From NCBI GenBank assembly GCA_050084515.1, contig CM114271.1, positions 49,228,001-49,292,000 on the forward strand: 64,000 nt of DNA, given 5' to 3'. Origin of the DNA: Blasia pusilla (taxonomy: Eukaryota). This document shows, piece after piece, positions 60,472-64,000 of this stretch (position 1 is the stretch's first letter; every line of letters starts with the position of its first letter). The notes beneath the pieces were generated by a model. It made no database searches. It was not told the origin of the DNA and was given only the letters and a program-made list of their open reading frames with translations. A program made the position numbers and the translations under genes.

Positions 60472-62805
60472 GAAAACTCTTTCTCTACCTTCATAGGACC
60501 ATCTCTCAACTTCTCTCTATTCCTTTCATGACCTACTCGTACAGTAAGGAATTGAACTGATCTTGTTCCATCCTGACTTCTAATACGGGCATAATGAGAC
60601 CCATCATCCATGACTTTGGTCTCCATTCTAGATGCTGTGATGTAAGGTTGCCCAAGAATCACAGGATAAGCAGCTCCATTCTGAACAAAGAAATTTTGCT
60701 CAATCAACACATCTTCGATTCGAGTTTTGACGGATGGACAAGCACCATAGAGTTCACCTTTTTGGTTGTTAGCCGCTCGTAGTACCCATCCATGCCCTGT
60801 ATCAATTGGCCACATCCCTTTGTCGGACACACTTCGCGATATGATGTTGATCTCCAAACCATGATCTACGAGAGCCAGAATTGACTCTTGAAGAGAGCCA
60901 AGTCAAACTCTAGCCTCTGTCGTTGCACGCGCCTAATATGATCGAGAATAGTGTCCACCATTATGCCTTTCTTCACCTTGTTCTGTCAAGGCTTCTCCTA
61001 CTTTCGCCTCTTTTCCCCATAAGTCAAGCTTTTGTCCAAACACTTGGCAAAGCTCTTTATCTTCTTCTTCTTCTGTGATGTCAATATCCAAAGCTCTCAC
61101 CATCACCATATCTGCAGTCATCTGCCTCTTCCTTTTGATCACATCTATGATCAACTCATGAAAGTCAGGTTTGGCTATGCCCAAGACTTCCCTCAAAGAA
61201 AACTCTATTTTTGCATCCAAAATCCTCTCCTCAAGAATCTCCTTTAAATTCGTGCTTGTCTCGATATCAGACTACAGCTTGTATGTAGGAGTCTTACCCT
61301 TGGTCTTCTGAGGAGACCTCAATTCGTTCTCCTTCGTTCCTGCTTCTTTGACATGAGAATCCCTCACAGATTCATATGTGGAAGGTCCTTCTTCTCTTGA
61401 TGGCTGCTCCTCCGGTTGTCCTTTTCTTCTTAAGGTCCTTGCTCTTCTTGCGGCTTCCTCAACATCAACACCATCATCGTCGCGTCTCCTCTTCTCCTCC
61501 ACACTAGCATCTTGCCAACTCACATGTTTCTCTTGTGCTAGGTATGCTTTAACACACCCAGCTTCCACTGGATCATCCCATCCAGTCAGATGACGGATAG
61601 TCTCTGCCCCTCGTATCATAACTTCTCGAGGAAATTCTAATGATTCACTTTTAGCTACAGATACAATAGGCACTTCTATTTTCAGTGCAAAGGTATCAGA
61701 ATCTAATGTCGTAGTGATAACTCCTACTTGACTTCTCACTAAGCCTTTCATAACTCCTCTATCAAAGTTGGTATTCAACGGCATACCAGTCTACGTTGAA
61801 TGAATCTTCCCATCTTTGAAGTTTACTATTCCATTTCTAAGAGCTTCTGAAAATTCCTCACATTCTCGACGTTGATGCTCAACACTATCATATCATATAC
61901 ATCTTCTCACAAAGTTCTTACTTGTTGAAGGAGCACCAACACTAGGATTCCTATCAAGTTTAAGCTCAGCTATTTCTACTCTTAACTCTCTCAAACCTTT
62001 CACCAACTCATCAATGGTAGAATCTTCAAGCTTTGTTGGCATGGGCTTAGGCAATGGATTTGAAATTGGTACCTCCAACTTGAATACTGTGGTTCTACCT
62101 CTACTTCGACTGTGCTTTGTGAGGATAGCAACATCTTCTTCCACTTTCTTCCAATTAGTGCTGACACCTCCTTCTTCATTCTTGTATGCCAACATTATGA
62201 AAAGCTTGTCCTCCAAATTCTCATCTCCCGCCTCAAGGAATAACTCGGTTTTCCTCAAGTCTAAAGTTGCCCTTTCCGAAGGAGAAAGCTGAAAAAACCG
62301 CTTCTCAAACTCACCCAACAATTCATTTGGAGTCATTCCCTTCCTCGGATGTTGCTCTATCCATTCTAGAAAACTCCTCTTAGTCACCCAATCCACATCA
62401 TCATCGAAGAATTCTCCTTTCAGCAACTGTTCGTACTCCTCCTGTGAGGTTGGATTTTCTGCTCTCAACTTCTTTACTTGACTACGGATCTCTGGTATTA
62501 CAGCTAACTCAAAACTTGACACCATATCACCTTCGGGTACACGGTTTACCTCCGTCTCACAGACATACTCTCCAACATACTTGGTGATGTTCCTGCCATC
62601 AAATCTCCCCAACTTCTTCATAATCGCTTGGAGAGCCCTTGTTGATCTTTGCTCTCCGATGTGAACTCCTCCTTGTTGGCTAAACAATGTTGTCAAAGTT
62701 CGGAGAAGATCCTCAACTCCCTCAGTTCCCATTGATGAAGTACTCCCAAAAGTAGTCATCTTGATAAGACTCCAACTTGCAAACACAAACTACTGCCTCA
62801 AAGAG

Positions 62806-62823
62806 CTCTCAGTGGAAGCACCA
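62806..62823 (-). other. Gypsy primer-binding site (tggtgcttccactgagag), non-Met tRNA, Thr-like
   Basis: TGG-starting sequence 2 nt from the LTR CA end. Resembles the complement of plant tRNA-Thr 3' ends (recalled, not checked). Confidence 0.55.
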
Positions 62824-64000
62824 TTTGTCGTGTCGAGAGTCTTTCTTCGAGCAAGGGCGGGCCTTCTAGCTGCGGTAGATGCGGTCGATGCAAGGTGAAC
62901 TCTCTAATAAGTTCTCCTTTTTCAATACAAAATTATGATGTACACTCTCCATTCTCTCACGACAGGTATCACAAATGGAAGTGCCGAGGCGATCACTTCT
63001 TCGTAACATCGGACCCCAAAATTCCTAACTATAAAATCCCTATAAACTATTTTACGCTTGTACACGAGCAAGATAGCACAACTAGTGTTAAACCCTACTT
63101 GAGCAGGCCTATTGACATCCATGGATCGCTATATAAGGACATACAAAGTACAATCCCATGTCCTTCCATATGTGACAATAGGAAGAATCACCGGAGTTGG
63201 AGATTGCATGACCTGGTTCATGAACGCCTCCCCAAAGTGATAAACTAAATAGCGAGTGAACCAGTGCCTATCTACAAAGAGTACCTTGACATGGTAAGGA
63301 TTGAGGAAAAGAAAGTCAGGCATAGCTCGTGCTCCATCCCTATCCATCCTTGACAGACATTCTCTACTCTCCTCAAGAATGGGTTTTGGCGGAGTTATTC
63401 TCCCAAGAGGGGTAATCCACTCTCATTGGGGAAGTAACAAGCCAAAACATTCGTTATTTTAGTTTGACTAAACTCCTCTACGGTGACAAACCTCCCATCC
63501 CCACACACACACACACCACACTCTAGAAATCTCTCGAAGAATAGACCATGGTCAAGTTACTCTCTCAAGAGGGATGATCCACTCTCATTGGAAGAGCAAG
63601 CAATCCCAAAGCCATACACTCAAGAGAGACACGAGAGACTCAAGATGTGGAATAGAAGGTGATGAACCCTTGAAGGTCCCTCCTCTTTATATACTCACAA
63701 GGGATCCACAAGAGTACAAAATAGAGCTTATCTTATCTTGTGCCACATGGCTTCCTCTCAAGGCTTAGCCAATCACATTTTGGCACAAGTAGATTTCCTC
63801 GTTTCTCTTCCAAAATATCCTCTTTTACCCACATGATATTTTCCAGATTACCCCAACTAACCTAGCCACCAACCAAGACTACTTTTGCTTTTCACTAAAG
63901 CAACTACTTTACTTTTATAAAGTCATCTTTTATTTATTATCTCCTTTTTCTAAAGTTGGGCCCGCATAAAAGAGGCACCATAAAGATGTTTAAACATAAG

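Larger units (their letters stand above)
59133..64000 (-). mobile_element. Ty3/Gypsy LTR retrotransposon, truncated within RT
   Basis: gag 61893-62786 (RFDGRNITKY), decayed Zn knuckle, protease (ALVDHGLEINII...PVILGQP), RT (YSSRWFTVPKK, DLHSGY, LPQGATN, FVDD). PBS at about 62806-62823; putative 5' LTR from 62826 to near the window end. Confidence 0.92.

Overview
Eukaryotic nuclear DNA from a land plant; the TE repertoire suggests a seed-free lineage (inference). It is dominated by nested transposable elements around three host genes. TEs: a decayed Gypsy-like remnant (1-4.0 kb); an intron-containing defective Helitron (about 8.9-16.0 kb, -); a young Copia (15972-20760) with a TSD-flanked solo LTR of the same family (21747-22200); an older full-length Copia (28599-33897, TSD ATCCT) inserted in a gag+protease-only retroelement; a CRE-like non-LTR fragment with a restriction-like endonuclease (about 44.7-46.3 kb); a 3'-truncated Gypsy (59.1-64 kb) with a clear -1 frameshift signal; and at least 10 copies of a hAT-type MITE family, three of them nested in their own family. 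Host genes: a head-to-head pair of paralogous secreted 8-Cys nsLTP-like genes sharing one intron position, one of which is spliced to a long Phe-rich extensin-like exon (the most unusual item), and a 5-exon NPF6/NRT1.1-like transporter intact except for one in-frame TGA. All calls are by eye; no database searches were run.
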